This document shows positions 51,988 through 61,675 of a stretch of DNA of 63,744 nucleotides, in pieces; position 1 is the first letter of the stretch, and each line of letters begins with the position of its first letter. Source of the DNA: Octopus bimaculoides. Its lineage: Eukaryota. The stretch is taken from contig NC_068982.1 of the NCBI RefSeq assembly GCF_001194135.2, positions 185,586,066 through 185,649,809 on the forward strand, in the 5' to 3' direction. The notes below the pieces were generated by a model. It was not told the origin of the DNA. It made no database searches and saw only the letters and a program-made list of their open reading frames with translations. The position numbers and the translations under genes were made by a program.

Positions 51988-54900
51988 CAGAATTGTAATA
52001 ACTTAATATAAGGAGGGTTCAGACTCAGTACAGGTTGAAATGAGCAGAGATGATAGCAGTAGTTGGGAAAATAAGGGTAAGGGGACACAGGACTTGGTGT
52101 GTGCGAGTGTTTGTGTGTGAATATTAATGTAAGAGATAAGAGTTCAGTAAGGTAATTATGTGTGCCATGTAAAAGGTGAACCATTACTTAGAGCTGAATC
52201 CCATTCAGGCTCTAAAAGGGAAACATTTTATGAAGCAGTCTTAGCAATTATGGGTTGTCATAAATAGGTAGGAAGTTAGTTTTAGTTATAATGAATGGAA
52301 GAGCGATGTTGGGGGGGGGGGGTTCAAGAATTGTGAGTTTATATACTTTGAATGGGTTTTATTGTTTGTGGGAGGCAGGTTAATTATTTTAAAATTGCTA
52401 CAGTTTGAAATAAATAATAGAATTTCAACAAAGAAGTTCACAGGACTGATCTCCTATAGGTAGATAGCTCTGATGATGAGAGGACAATAGACATAGGATA
52501 AATATATATAATCATCTCTTCTTTTATTTTCTAATATTGTTCAAATATATTGTTTTTAAATGTTTGTGAAATACGCAGTTGTTAACCCCAGATCAATTGC
52601 ATCCATGACCAAAGATATAGTATCTATTACTACATTATCTAATGTGTCCTTTTTTTAAAGATAGTATAGTGTGGTTTTAAAGAGATTCAGTTGCTGTTTC
52701 TAACAAGTCAAATGACTGCATCTATCTTGGTGCTATTGAACAAGACTAGATTGTTAAGTAAGAAGTGTACTGTCGATGTGCCAATAAAGGAGATTAAATT
52801 TGTAAGTGAGATGTTTACCATCTGTGTCATGGCACTAGTGAACGTGATTAGACTGTCAAGTGAGAGAGGTACCATTTGTCTTGCTACCAGTAAATAAGAC
52901 TAGGTGTCTCTGGTTACAAAATGTTTTCTAGGTCACCGTTCACAAAGCTAAAGGGTCATTTAAAAGTTGCTTGTGGACAATCGCTGGTAATGTTAATGTA
53001 TCATAGAAGAAACAGATTAATTAATGTTAATATAATACTGAAAATATTCAAAAGCAAACTATAAATAAATACGCAGAAAAAAAAAAAACAGTGTTAGTCA
53101 ATGACTTAATATTTTCTCAGCATTCATGCAGTCAACAGTGAGGATTTGAGGGGAAATGGGCTTAACTATTAGGATGTTTATATAACCTTATATAGTTGGC
53201 AGTAGTATTACTATTAGAATAATTATATCACCTGACATTATTGAGAACATGTTGTAAAGTTAACTTTGTAACCACAAGGTTTTGGTTCAATCACAATGAG
53301 TGGCATCTTGGGCAAGTGCCTTTTACAATAACCTTTGACTAACCAATGCCCCATGAGGGAAATTTGGCAGATGGAAGCTGTATAAGAAGCCTATTCTACA
53401 TATAGGTGTGAGCATTTGTTTTCAAATGTCTTCTGAATAATAAATAGCTCAGTGGTTTCATCAGTTTAGACATGTGATGACAATTGGAATAAAAATACCC
53501 TTACTTGAAATATAATTAAGGATTAGTGTCAGGAATCAACAGCTGAAGGAACAGTGTCTGTTGTTCTGAGCAGTTAAAGATAAAAGTAGGTCACTTAGAT
53601 CACTTTGTGAAGGAAGGGATTAAAATCTTTCACTGAGGATAATTAAGGAATACAATTTAGTACATCTATAAATTTAGAGATTAACACCTTTACTTTAGGG
53701 AGTACCATTTGATACTTATGTAAATATTACTTATGTAATACTCACAGCTAAGGACTATTAGTGAGATAGAAAGATAGACAGCTAGATAAATGGAGAAGCA
53801 GACAGACAGTGACAAAAAAGACAGCAAATATGAAACCCAACCACTTTCAACTCAGACCTCCTTTTTTGGACCAAGGTTTTTTTATTTCTGTTACTCATGT
53901 TACTCAACAAAATGAGGGCAATTAAATAGGGCAATGAAAGAGTATGTTCTGGTGCACATGTAAATTAAGAGATCAACAGCTATTAATAAGGGACAATAAT
54001 CTGACATTCATACAAGTGAAGAATCAATATTTGTTCTGAGTGCCTTTAGTGCTGGGTCAAATCTTCTAGTTAAAGGTAACTTCCTCCCCTCTTCTCACCA
54101 TAACAGAGACCCTGAAAAAGAGACAACTGTTGTCCTCTCCTCTTCTGATTAAATCATGTACAAAATACAAAGAATTGTCCTTTTGCTACCAAGATGAATG
54201 AAGTGTGCTATCATCATCCAGTGATGTTAGGACCTAACATTAGACAACAATAACAACAGCTCTGAGGTGGGAGAGAGCTGGTTTCCATGGTTATGGTTAA
54301 GGCTAATAAATGATTCAGCAGTCATACTTTAATGTTTTGCTTTTTAATTTACATAACATGCAGACAAGATGGTGGCGGTGGTGGTAGTGGTGGTGGTGGT
54401 GGTGGTGGTGGTTGCGCTAATGACTTGTAGTTATGGTCGTGATTGTTATGACTGTAATAATGAAAATGATAATTGTATGGAGGTTGAAGGGGTGGTTATA
54501 GTGGAGATTCTTGTGGCTATATTAGTGATGATGTTGTTGGCGTTGGTTAGCCCTAGACTAGCCCTGACCAAGCAGGCTCTGATCTAAGCATTCCACTTGT
54601 AACAATCCCATTTATCCAAGGTGCAGTGGAATCTAGGACCCCATCTTCCAATGTATCCCTTTCTAAAAAGGTAGATTTGTCTGCTGTTTCTAGTCGGCCG
54701 AACGCTCACGTAGAGGCTCCCTCATTGGCTCGGTGGTGGTTGTACGGAGACGGATGACACCCATGGTTATAACAGATTTCGTAACTAAATGAGAGAAAGG
54801 AGGGGGTAAGATAGTAAAAGAGAGGAGAAACTTAGTATGAGGGAGTGGAGAGGGTGAAGGTTAGTAAGAGGGGGTGTATGTCGACAGAAACGCACAAAAA

Positions 54901-55549
54901 CATACATACATGTAAAGTTGAGACATGCACATACACACGCAACAGACGCATCGAAGAAGACACTTTGATGCAATGTATACACATACACGCATCTGCACAT
55001 ACCGATTCACACACATACACATACTTAGAGTTAGTGACATAGAAAGATAGATAGATAGATAAATAAATAAACAGAGGTAGGCAGACAGACAGTGACAAAA
55101 AAGACAGCAGATACGGAACCCAACCACTTTCAACTCAGACCTCCTTTTTTGGACCAACGCAATGTGAAAAGCTATTTTCAGAGAGAATGTACTCACACAC
55201 ACACACATAGAGAGAGTTGTATACCAGTAAATGTATGTATGTATGTATGTATGTATGCATGTATGTACGTCAGCCTGTTGAATGCAGGCATACATAAACA
55301 TACGTATGTGACTATAGATATATGCATGTACATATACGGATACATATATCTATAGATCTATGAATAGGGGTCTATATACATACTTACATACACAAACCTA
55401 CACATACACATATATAAAATGCACTGTACATACATACACACACACATATATATATATATCATGTCTATACACAAATGCATGTATATGTACCTACATCTAT
55501 GTATACATAAACATAAGCTTGCATATGAGCACAGATATGTATGTATGTA

Positions 55550-55631
<82 letters not shown>

Positions 55632-57207
55632 TGTGTGTATGTGTGTGGTCGTAAATTCGATTTCGAGTATAACCACTTGCTTTTTATTTCTCACATGAGC
55701 AGGGAATAAGTTAGTCAGTTTCTCTGTAATGGGTCCTCAGATGAGAAGCAAGCCCCAGTCTTTCATTTTTTTTTTTTGTTTTTTTTTGTTGCAGCAGATG
55801 CAGCACGGAATTTGCCAACGATCTCATCAACAGAAGCTCCGCCTTTGTAAACTCGGCCAAATGGATTTCCAACCCACCAGTAGATGAGTACACCTTGGGA
55901 TATAAAGGATAAAAGCGCTTCAGCGGAGTTGATGGAAATGCATGCTTATAGACATTCCGTGTTGGTCTCCAAACATGTGGCCTTTTATGGGTGAGGCATT
56001 ATATGCATGAATGTACGCGCGCCCACACTCGCACGCATGCACGCACATACACACAAATACACTGCTAAGGATGCATTTATTTTGAATGTATATACAAAAT
56101 ATATACCTGATTATGTAACTGGTCGTTCGTACTTATACACGTGCGCGCGCGCACACACACACAGAGCCTGCATAAAAGCGTAAGTTAAGGCTAATACCCT
56201 TAACTGAGTCTTGGTGGCACTGTATGGAAGAGATGGTTATCACTAGCTGCGGACCAAAGTTCTCGAAGCAACTCACAGCTGCTGCAAATCAAGTTGACTA
56301 AAACAGTAGCAACAGCATACTCTCTCACTGTTAACAGTTAGGAGTTGCGCAACTTCAGTATTACAGTTATTTACCGGTTGAGTAGATCAAGCCACTTGTG
56401 AGTTAAATATTGTCCCCTGGTGACGTGCAAGGCCAGGTTAGGGCCAACTCATGCCCTAAACATAGCCTTCCAATGGTGCTTCTTCCATTATTTAGCTTTA
56501 AAGACTCTAAGATATAATAAATATTGAATGTGAGGTAATGGATCAAATATTCAGTTTTGTTCCGGGTGTCCTCGAGGCCAGATCCCGAAACTATATTAAT
56601 CATAACCGCTTTTCAAGACAGTTTTTTAAAAAATTATTTAATACTAGATAGCAGTAAATGAAATAATATAAATCTACTTATAACAAGAGCAACAGGATAA
56701 TTGCAAATGTTCAACCCTTTCAAGCAGGACCCTATTACAACAATACCTTTTGCACCTGAAGTGAATCAGGCATTGGAAATAACTTTGGTGCTTCATAATC
56801 TGTCTGGGCGTGTCTACTAGATATGAACAGGAAAATTTATCAATTGGCAATTGCCATACCTTATCGACCAACTGTGGTTCCTACAGTTTCCACTCTCCCA
56901 CCACTGTGTTTATCTGTGTGTCTTTCATGCATTTTAGCAGTGGTGGCGGCCATGGTTGAGATGTCGCTAGACACAAGTATGTACGTACATACATACATAC
57001 AAATGTCAGTGTAAAGATGTGTATAAATAACTGTTTCAACCACTCTGTTAATACTTTTGCACACGCACACACATATCCCATAACATATACATTGTGTGTG
57101 TGTGTCTGTGTGTATGTATTCATGTAACAGCTGTATATACGTACAGATATACACACCTCTGTATGCATTTCACTCAAGAATTATACACATTAATCTTCAA
57201 GTGGGGC

Positions 57208-57241
<34 letters not shown>

Positions 57242-57706
57242 GCAAACACAAACATATCATGCACCATGCATAACAGTTCTATCTCATGCAATTATATCAT
57301 AACTAAATGGATTCTATACAAACGTGCCTACATACTATTATTTTTAAAAAATGGCATATTACATACTTCCGCGACACATCTGTGCACAAATAATACACAC
57401 ACGTGACATGTAACATATTTAATAAAATGTAAATAAAAGATTCTGAAAGCTTGGAAGGGTGTATTAAGGCAAAGCCATCTCGAGTAGATGATTGATTTGT
57501 GGTAAAGGAGATGAACTTGTGAATGTGGCAAAAAGAAAAATCGGGCGTGAGTGTATTCAGATGTAAATAAGTGTGAAATAGGCGTATGCAGAAACAAAAG
57601 AAGACAAGCTGATGAATGGACGGTAGGTAAACAGATATAATGATGGATGGACGGATGGATGGATGAGAAAGAGAGGGAGTGACTGAGTATATTTACTTAC
57701 TGGCAT
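5677..57706 (-). CDS. AK1-like: Two-domain adenylate kinase (tandem AK1-like short-LID domains), spliced gene, ~396 aa; 10 firm exons 5677-23869 plus 2 tentative 5' exons
   Basis: Two complete sets of AK motifs (GxPGxGKGT P-loop, HLSSGD(L/M)LRE, (I/L)DGYPRE, RLLDRxKTSGRxDDN). Exon lengths sum to 1191 nt with consistent phases. Intron positions match the vertebrate AK1 pattern as I recall it. AK1 versus AK5 orthology is not resolved. Confidence 0.9.
6010..7660 (+). mobile_element. Decayed RTE (BovB-like) LINE RT region, split by a solo LTR
   Basis: [63 protein letters not shown] | [22 protein letters not shown]. Confidence 0.85.
6396..7307 (+). mobile_element. Solo LTR (probably Gypsy-type) with 4-bp TSD CTTT
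   Basis: TGTAG...CTACA inverted termini, CTTT on both sides (6392-6395 and 7308-7311), TATATAA at 6802, AATAAA at 7203 and 7274. The host RTE reading resumes across it. It contains a 150-N gap. Confidence 0.8.
8689..8880 (-). CDS. AK1-like: AK domain 2, LID exon ([10 protein letters not shown]...[23 protein letters not shown]...KVIN), 192 nt
   Basis: cattattag|ATTACC...ATTAAT|gtaagt; overlaps track ORF 8656..8862. Confidence 0.97.
9680..10065 (+). mobile_element. SINE family A, older copy
   Basis: Diverged match to 12977-13385. Confidence 0.75.
10555..10877 (-). mobile_element. SINE family C, with further copies at ~27745-28065 and ~61700-62031
   Basis: The minus-strand head tgaaggtgcatgacttagtggttagggtattcggctc...gagtttgattcc has A/B boxes; the body gatcaacggaacagcc...gtgacaagg is shared by three copies. 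Confidence 0.75.
11226..11342 (-). CDS. AK1-like: AK domain 2 exon ([11 protein letters not shown]...[19 protein letters not shown]), 117 nt
   Basis: aatcacag|ACAGTG...AATGAG|gtgaga; LDGYPR motif. Confidence 0.96.
12977..13385 (+). mobile_element. tRNA-derived SINE, family A, near full-length
   Basis: tRNA-like head (tggctgtgtggtaag...ggttcagtccc), internal (TA)n(TG)n, and a (gagtaaaa)n tail; several other copies occur in the window. Confidence 0.85.
13487..13650 (-). CDS. AK1-like: AK domain 2, P-loop exon ([10 protein letters not shown]...GELVPM), 164 nt
   Basis: ttatttatccag|GTGGTCCAGG...CCAATG|gtaaaa; overlaps track ORF 13436..13624. Confidence 0.97.
14414..14612. mobile_element. piggyBac-type MITE
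   Basis: ttaa|CTCTTTAGC...CTAAAGGG|ttca; same family as 43706-43926. Confidence 0.65.
14640..14678 (-). CDS. AK1-like: AK domain 2, beta1 exon ([14 protein letters not shown]), 39 nt, phase 1-1
   Basis: tttcatttcatttccag|AACCTTGC...GTTGTGG|gtatgt; KVIFVVG. Confidence 0.93.
15841..15916 (-). CDS. AK1-like: AK domain 1 C-terminal helix plus linker exon ([25 protein letters not shown]), 76 nt, phase 0-1
   Basis: gtgtattgcag|ATTAAAGCTGAAGG...AAACTGA|gtgagt; resembles AK1 VNAEGSVDSVF; phase 1 matches the next exon. Confidence 0.9.
18280..18925 (+). mobile_element. RTE-clade LINE RT relic
   Basis: [24 protein letters not shown]...[20 protein letters not shown]...[12 protein letters not shown], with stops. 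Confidence 0.88.
19045..19236 (-). CDS. AK1-like: AK domain 1, LID exon ([10 protein letters not shown]...[23 protein letters not shown]...KLQT), 192 nt
   Basis: cacatccag|ATTGCT...CAAACT|gtaagt; short-LID SGRxDD motif; overlaps track ORF 19021..19218. Confidence 0.97.
19778..19881. repeat. Compound (ATA)n(GTA)n(ATA)n microsatellite, representative of dozens of (TA)n, (CA)n, (GA)n and trinucleotide tracts
   Basis: Seen directly; similar tracts at 5520-5590, 16340-16402, 55550-55628 and next to most N gaps. Confidence 0.95.
19950..20690 (-). mobile_element. Penelope-like element 3' fragment: GIY-YIG endonuclease (ORF 20163-20609) plus 3' hammerhead-like motif and AATAAA
   Basis: [36 protein letters not shown]...LAEHF...PGGMN fits the PLE GIY-YIG pattern. 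Confidence 0.85.
20737..20855 (+). pseudogene. 5S rRNA: Full-length 5S rRNA pseudogene/retrocopy
   Basis: gcttacggccat...gcaccagttctcgtccgatc...agttaagcaa...agtacttagatgggtgac...tgggaaac...gtgctgtaagc matches the animal 5S consensus over ~119 nt. Several differences look like CpG decay, and there is no oligo-T terminator. Confidence 0.93.
20856..21010 (+). mobile_element. RTE-LINE 3' tail (ttaggaagggcatccagc...ggacgttaaa(tga)n) directly after the 5S copy
   Basis: Same tail sequence as the RTE 3' end at 38790-38938, ending in (GAT)n. Confidence 0.85.
21556..21672 (-). CDS. AK1-like: AK domain 1 exon ([11 protein letters not shown]...[19 protein letters not shown]), 117 nt
   Basis: ttattcag|GATACT...GCTGAG|gtaagt; IDGYPR motif. 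Confidence 0.97.
22127..22290 (-). CDS. AK1-like: AK domain 1, P-loop/NMP-binding exon ([10 protein letters not shown]...GKLVPM), 164 nt
   Basis: tttaataaag|GGGGACCT...CCTATG|gtgagt; hallmark AK motifs. Confidence 0.97.
22578..22889. repeat. ~310-bp near-perfect palindrome (two head-to-head copies of the 3985-type repeat)
   Basis: Arms 22578-22728 and 22737-22889 are reverse complements with few mismatches; 8-nt loop tcgaaggc. Confidence 0.95.
22890..23280 (+). mobile_element. Decayed CR1/Jockey-like LINE RT fragment
   Basis: ALDVSKAF...WHANLLSK-like and LYFNDL...YA-like translations across frameshifts. Confidence 0.55.
23831..23869 (-). CDS. AK1-like: AK domain 1, beta1 exon ([14 protein letters not shown]), 39 nt, phase 1-1
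   Basis: ttttgtttcag|TTCCATCC...GTGATCG|gtaagt; VIFVIG precedes the P-loop. Confidence 0.92.
30415..31282 (-). mobile_element. Internally deleted mariner transposon with ~30-bp TIRs and TA TSD
   Basis: TIRs ta|tgggagtaatcccaaaagtaaggtct and agaccttacttttgggattaccctca|ta. The N-terminal HTH ([33 protein letters not shown]) and the C-terminus ([29 protein letters not shown]) are present; the catalytic middle is missing. Confidence 0.9.
31900..32800 (+). mobile_element. Old LINE RT relic (CR1/L2-like); A-rich relic probably extends to ~29500
   Basis: [27 protein letters not shown] and [15 protein letters not shown] motif remnants. Confidence 0.6.
33345..33915. repeat. Degenerate ~49-bp minisatellite, roughly 11 units
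   Basis: Recurring cagtgtctccata.tgtcaatgtaactgtc.ctatgttaagtagacag. Confidence 0.75.
33943..33955 (-). CDS. AK1-like: 13-nt microexon (AGTGTTGCAAAAG; SVAK+G if entered in phase 0)
   Basis: Long pyrimidine tract ttctcttttctctcatttattccag, upstream ctaat branch-like motifs and a consensus AAG|gtaagt donor. It supplies the phase 1 needed by exon 23831-23869. Confidence 0.6.
34566..34955 (-). mobile_element. SINE family A, minus strand
   Basis: The reverse complement matches 39401-39817. Confidence 0.8.
35872..36103 (+). mobile_element. tRNA-derived SINE, family B, young copy with older tandem copies at ~35590-35790 and ~36105-36300
   Basis: ggcggcgagctggcagaaacgttagc...gagttcaaattc...gtcgactttgcctttcatcc. 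Confidence 0.8.
37560..38041 (-). mobile_element. Old RTE LINE relic (continues at 39060-39360 and beyond ~39830)
   Basis: [32 protein letters not shown]; the upstream piece reads [37 protein letters not shown]. Confidence 0.75.
38042..38938 (+). mobile_element. 5'-truncated RTE LINE: ORF C-terminus, 3'UTR and (GAT)n tail
   Basis: [54 protein letters not shown], then the UTR and gatgatgat. Confidence 0.92.
39401..39817 (+). mobile_element. SINE family A, full-length, CpG-retaining (young)
   Basis: Closely matches 12977-13385. Confidence 0.85.
42300..46000. repeat. Long cryptic, highly degenerate ~40-bp tandem repeat region
   Basis: Recurring actgttagattgtacacttatacttggtctatctgtacat variants, e.g. 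at 45030, 45115, 45275 and 45680-45760. Confidence 0.7.
43706..43926. mobile_element. piggyBac-type MITE with TTAA TSD
   Basis: TTAA-CCCTTTAACATT...AATGCTAAAGGG-TTAA. Confidence 0.8.
46451..46670 (-). mobile_element. SINE family B, decayed
   Basis: aaattgtggcacaaggcc...aggaatttgaactc...ttctgccagctcactgcctt on the plus strand. Confidence 0.7.
46850..47640 (-). mobile_element. RTE LINE with internal deletions and (GAT)n tail
   Basis: [40 protein letters not shown] jumps to [13 protein letters not shown], then to the 3'UTR. Confidence 0.85.
49192..49357. mobile_element. Short element with ~32-bp inverted ends and a hammerhead-like core (PLE-related?)
   Basis: acggatatttgtcctcatcttgttt.ttgtt versus aacaacaaacaagatgaggacaaatatccgt; the minus strand has CTGAAGA-AGGCTG...CAGCT-GAAAC. 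Confidence 0.65.
49560..49712 (-). mobile_element. RTE 3' tail fragment; similar fragments lie at ~26070-26300
   Basis: catttaacatc...catgctagcatgggttgga...ctacagctggatgcccttcctaacgcc. Confidence 0.75.
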
Positions 57707-58025
57707 TCTCGACTGAAGTTATTACACTTGTTGATGTTACAGTTGTTGTGATATTGCTATCTTCTACTCTTCACGTTTTTTTTTTCTCCTTCTCTCTATC
57801 CTTTGAGATAGATACGTGGGCGTACAGGTTGTTGTGTGTATGTATGTATCTATGTCTTAGTACGTGTATATATGTGTGTGCACGCGTCTGTCTGTGTCGA
57901 CCTTCTGGGATGCTGACAATCGAATACCGATGGAACTCCAAACTGACACTGTTGAAATACGAGAGACAACTAACCAGTCCTTACCCTTCTCTTTCTTTTT
58001 CCTTCTTCACCTTTTTCTTCTATCT

Positions 58026-58060
<35 letters not shown>

Positions 58061-58650
58061 TTCTTTATACCTGTTTCCTCCTCCTCCTCCTCCTCCTCCT
58101 CCCACTACTGCACTACTATTTTTCACGTCTTTTTCTTTTATGTAGAAGAAGAGGGCGAGAAAGAGAGAGAAGCAGGAAAAGAAAGACAAATAAAGAGAGA
58201 GAAAGAGATCAAGAGTAGAAGTTAAGCGAGGGAGAAAAAAAAATTTATAAACAAAGAGAAAAAGGACAAGGAAAATAAATGTTCATAAAGGTAATAAGAG
58301 AGGGACGGAGAGCAAGAGTTAGAAGAAACATGGGAGGGGAATAGAGCAGAAAGAAGTAAAAATATGAAAAAGAAAGAGAACGAAAAAAAGCAACAGAGAG
58401 GAAAAATGAGAAGTTAATAGGAGAGAGAGGAAGAGAAAGAGAGGCGCGGGGAAGGGCAGCTGATGTAATGTGAAGTGACAAGTAGGGAGAAGAGAGAGAG
58501 AGAGAGAGAGTCGGAGAAGGAAAGAAAATCAGGAAATCCCTCATTACGACTGTGGAAGGGGTGGGCAGAGGAGACACAAGAGAGATGTTACCTATTAATG
58601 TGTTTATCTTTACACATACATAAAGGAAGGCGGAAACTTTTTCTTGCTGC
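57400..58650 (-). promoter_or_regulatory. Probable promoter/5'UTR region of the AK gene
   Basis: CpG-retaining, with GA-rich tracts; contains the ATGCCA|gtaagt donor (57701) and a second strong donor AGG|gtaagg near 57985. Confidence 0.4.
57701..57706 (-). CDS. AK1-like: Candidate first coding exon end (ATG CCA = Met-Pro, phase 0), preceded by 5'UTR
   Basis: Minus strand reads gtcgagaATGCCA|gtaagtaaat: consensus donor and A at -3. It joins the 13-nt microexon in frame. It lies in the CpG-retaining part of the window. A possible upstream acceptor (tctctcgtatttcaacag) sits near 57949. Confidence 0.45.
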
Positions 58651-60750
58651 TGCNNNNNNNNNNNNNNNNNNNNNNNNNNNNNNNNNNNNNNNNNNNNNNN
58701 NNNNNNNNNNNNNNNNNNNNNNNNNNNNNNNNNNNNNNNNNNNNNNNNNNNNNNNNNNNNNNNNNNNNNNNNNNNNNNNNNNNNNNNNNNNNNNNNNNNN
58801 NNNNNNNNNNNNNNATATATATATATATATATATATATATACAAATAATAAATGAGTATATGCATATATACGTACATGTATGTATATACTTACATCTACC
58901 TGTATATATAGATGCATATCTGGGTACAGGACATTGCAAACAACACGTAGACAAAATGATAAACAGAGTACAGAAAACACACAGGCCACATAGAGAACAT
59001 TTCCTTCAGGTACATACATACATACATTCATACACACACACACACGCAACATGTACATACATCTAAACACATACTGGTGGGATGAAAGCGGATGTTATTA
59101 TGCTCAAGCCAGAAACCAGTCCCGAATGCTTGCAACGGTCAATTTGGACCCCACAAAAGTGACCAAGGACCATGTGTTGATGTTAAACTGAGTGACAGAT
59201 TGAGTCTACAACTCATGATAACACACTACGGGTACGGATATGTGTGTGCACATGCGTCTTTTCAGGGAATAAACAAGGCACGAAACTTTAGAGACGGCCA
59301 CGAGCTGACAAATGGTGGTGGTCGTTTAACCCTAGGTCATACCTGATGGGGCAGACTTATGATCAAAGTTATTTCAGTCGCAACAACACCGTTTATTTAA
59401 GGGTACAATAACAACATATAATTTAATGTGACTTTTCCCTTTTCCACGATGGCAGGGTGTGATTTGAAGAAGATTTGGTTATCATTTCTAGTATGTTAAG
59501 TAACTCAGTCGTTGGATCGTGGAGGCAGTAGAAGTGCATACTTTTATTGTTGGAGGTAAAGGTAGCGGCGTATAGTGATTAACATAGTATGGCGTTGACG
59601 GTAGTGTTTAACAGTGATGATGATGCTGGTGGTGTGTACGTTTAGTGCTGTGTTAAGTGTTGAGAGAGAAAGTGACAGTAGATATGGTATGCATATATAT
59701 ATGGATAACAAATGTATTATATTTCGAAAATAGTGTAAACGGCACGAAAAGAACACAAGGAACATGAATGGATTTGCTGAAGGCGTGCGGTATATACGGG
59801 GTGGAGTTGACATTTAACTTCACATCAATGAGCGCAGCGTTTGGTCCAAACAACACTATACTGTGCTTAACCGAAATAAATTTTGTACCGTGGGGAAGAC
59901 GAGAGGTACACATTTTGGCATCCCCTGCACATATCTAGCTACCTGCCTGCCTGTCAGTCTGTCAATGTACTTTGCATTTGCATTTTTTTTTATATATTTA
60001 CAGAAACGCAAATGCATATGTATTTTTGTCTACGTGTTATGTATGTTTGTATATATTTATAGAGAGAGAGAGGGAAAAGAGTGAGAGAGAAGGGAGAAGA
60101 AAGAGAGAGGGAGGGAGCGCAAACAGATACGTGAATGTGTACACATGGATGTATTCTGTGCGTGATGTAAGAGCAAGTATTACGCCATTGGAAAGGTAAA
60201 AGTCGAAAGGTAGAATGGCTGCTGCTAACATCATGAAGAACTGTGTCTGTATTTGTATGCGCGCGCGTCTTTTATATATTCTCTGTTTCTCCCTCTGACA
60301 CACGCATACGTACATACACGCTCTCGCGCGCACACATACAAGTGCACGCACACACACACATGCATATCATACTAGACTGCAAATGTTCTACTTTTACTCT
60401 ATGTTTAAGTCTTATAGTTGGCTAGAGTCAAAATAGGACAGGTGCCGTGCTGATGACGTCTATTGAGGTAGAAACAGATCAATTGCTGCATTCATGTCTT
60501 CAGTTTTTTTTTTTTTTAATGGTATGTCAATTTCAGAATATTCTGAAATCTTGAGGTTATCTTGCCTTATTTGGAATCGGTCGCAATTGCCACTAGGTGT
60601 TTGTTTATCGTCTCTTGAAGTGAAGACTAAATCAAGAAGTTAGCTTGCATGGCATTTAATATACCTTTGTTGTTTTTGTTAACCAGATTCATGCAACTGG
60701 CAATTTTGACTTGCTTTAGTTAGCTCATTTTTGTTTTTAAGGTATGTATG

Positions 60751-61086
60751 TGTAACAGCTTATGTAACAGTTGAATCGTTCAAACTCTGTGAGACAGTAT
60801 AATAATCAACATGGATAAGAAAAATATCGGTTACAGTTTTTTTTCGTACGTAGGGTCAAAGCAGTTCAGTGGTACAAGGAGAATGACAAGAATGAATGCT
60901 CGCGCGCCCTTAGCTGAGTCTGTGAGGAAAAACTGCTTGCTAGAAAGCGAAAGACGTACAGCGTATGGAAGCAAAAGTACAGTGCCCTTACGTGCGAATA
61001 AAAACTAAGCAATATTTTTCTTTTCCACGCTGATTATTACGCTGTCTCACAGTTTGAACAATTTAACCGTAACATAGCCTGTTACA
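60751..61086. mobile_element. MITE with ~50-bp imperfect TIRs
   Basis: tgtaacagcttatgtaacagttgaatcgttcaaactctgtgagacag versus ctgtctcacagtttgaacaatttaaccgtaacatagcctgttaca. Confidence 0.7.
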
Positions 61087-61469
61087 TACGCATGCATGCA
61101 CGATCTTGAGACTCACTTAGAACGAGCTATTCAGAAAATATTAACCTTCTTCTCCAGTGCTTGTATTGCTTTTGGATTTATTCCTGGAGAGCCGTATGTG
61201 GAATCAATTATAATTATCTAAGTAACTAAACTTGATACAGTGGATTTTTTCGTGCATTTTGGCAGCTCTGCTTCCAGGGATGGTTCATTAGATACTGAAA
61301 TCAACTGGAGAATCGAGATTTCAGTTTGAGAATCAAGATTTCAGATTTCAGTTTGCGTTTGAGGTCCCGGCGAAATGAATCTGAACAGACAAAGATCTGA
61401 AGCAATCCACCAAACTTTGCATCTATGATACTTGCGTCACTATTTCATGGGTACCGTATCACCGACATT

Positions 61470-61675
61470 TTTTTCCTTTTTCTTTTACTTTTACTCGTTT
61501 CAGACCGCGGTTATGCTGGGGCACCACCTTGAAGAATTTTAGTCGAACGAATCGGTACGAATACTTATCTATTTTTTTAAAGCCTGGTACTTATTCTATC
61601 GGTCATTTTTGGCAAACCGCTATGTTACTGGGTTGTAAATAAACTAACACCGGTTGTCAAGTTGTGGTGGTGGAC
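61470..61675 (-). mobile_element. SINE family A, 3' half; a 5' half lies at ~62820-62960 (-)
   Basis: tactcgtttcag.ccgcgg..atgctggggcacc...gtacttattctatcggtc matches the family A 3' half. Confidence 0.7.

Noticed and set aside
54690-54790. GC-rich exon-like stretch ([12 protein letters not shown]..., with a CCAAT-like motif)
   Set aside because: Matches degenerate copies at ~13905-13960, ~36390-36440 and ~59460-59500, so it is an interspersed repeat.
23870-57700. Possible third AK domain upstream (as in triplicated flagellar AKs)
   Set aside because: No further P-loop, DGYPR or SGRxDD exon was found by eye; a tBLASTn would settle it.
59650-59940. Short ORFs on both strands (MDLLKACGIYG...; track ORF 59653..59913)
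   Set aside because: No recognisable family and no convincing pair of splice sites.
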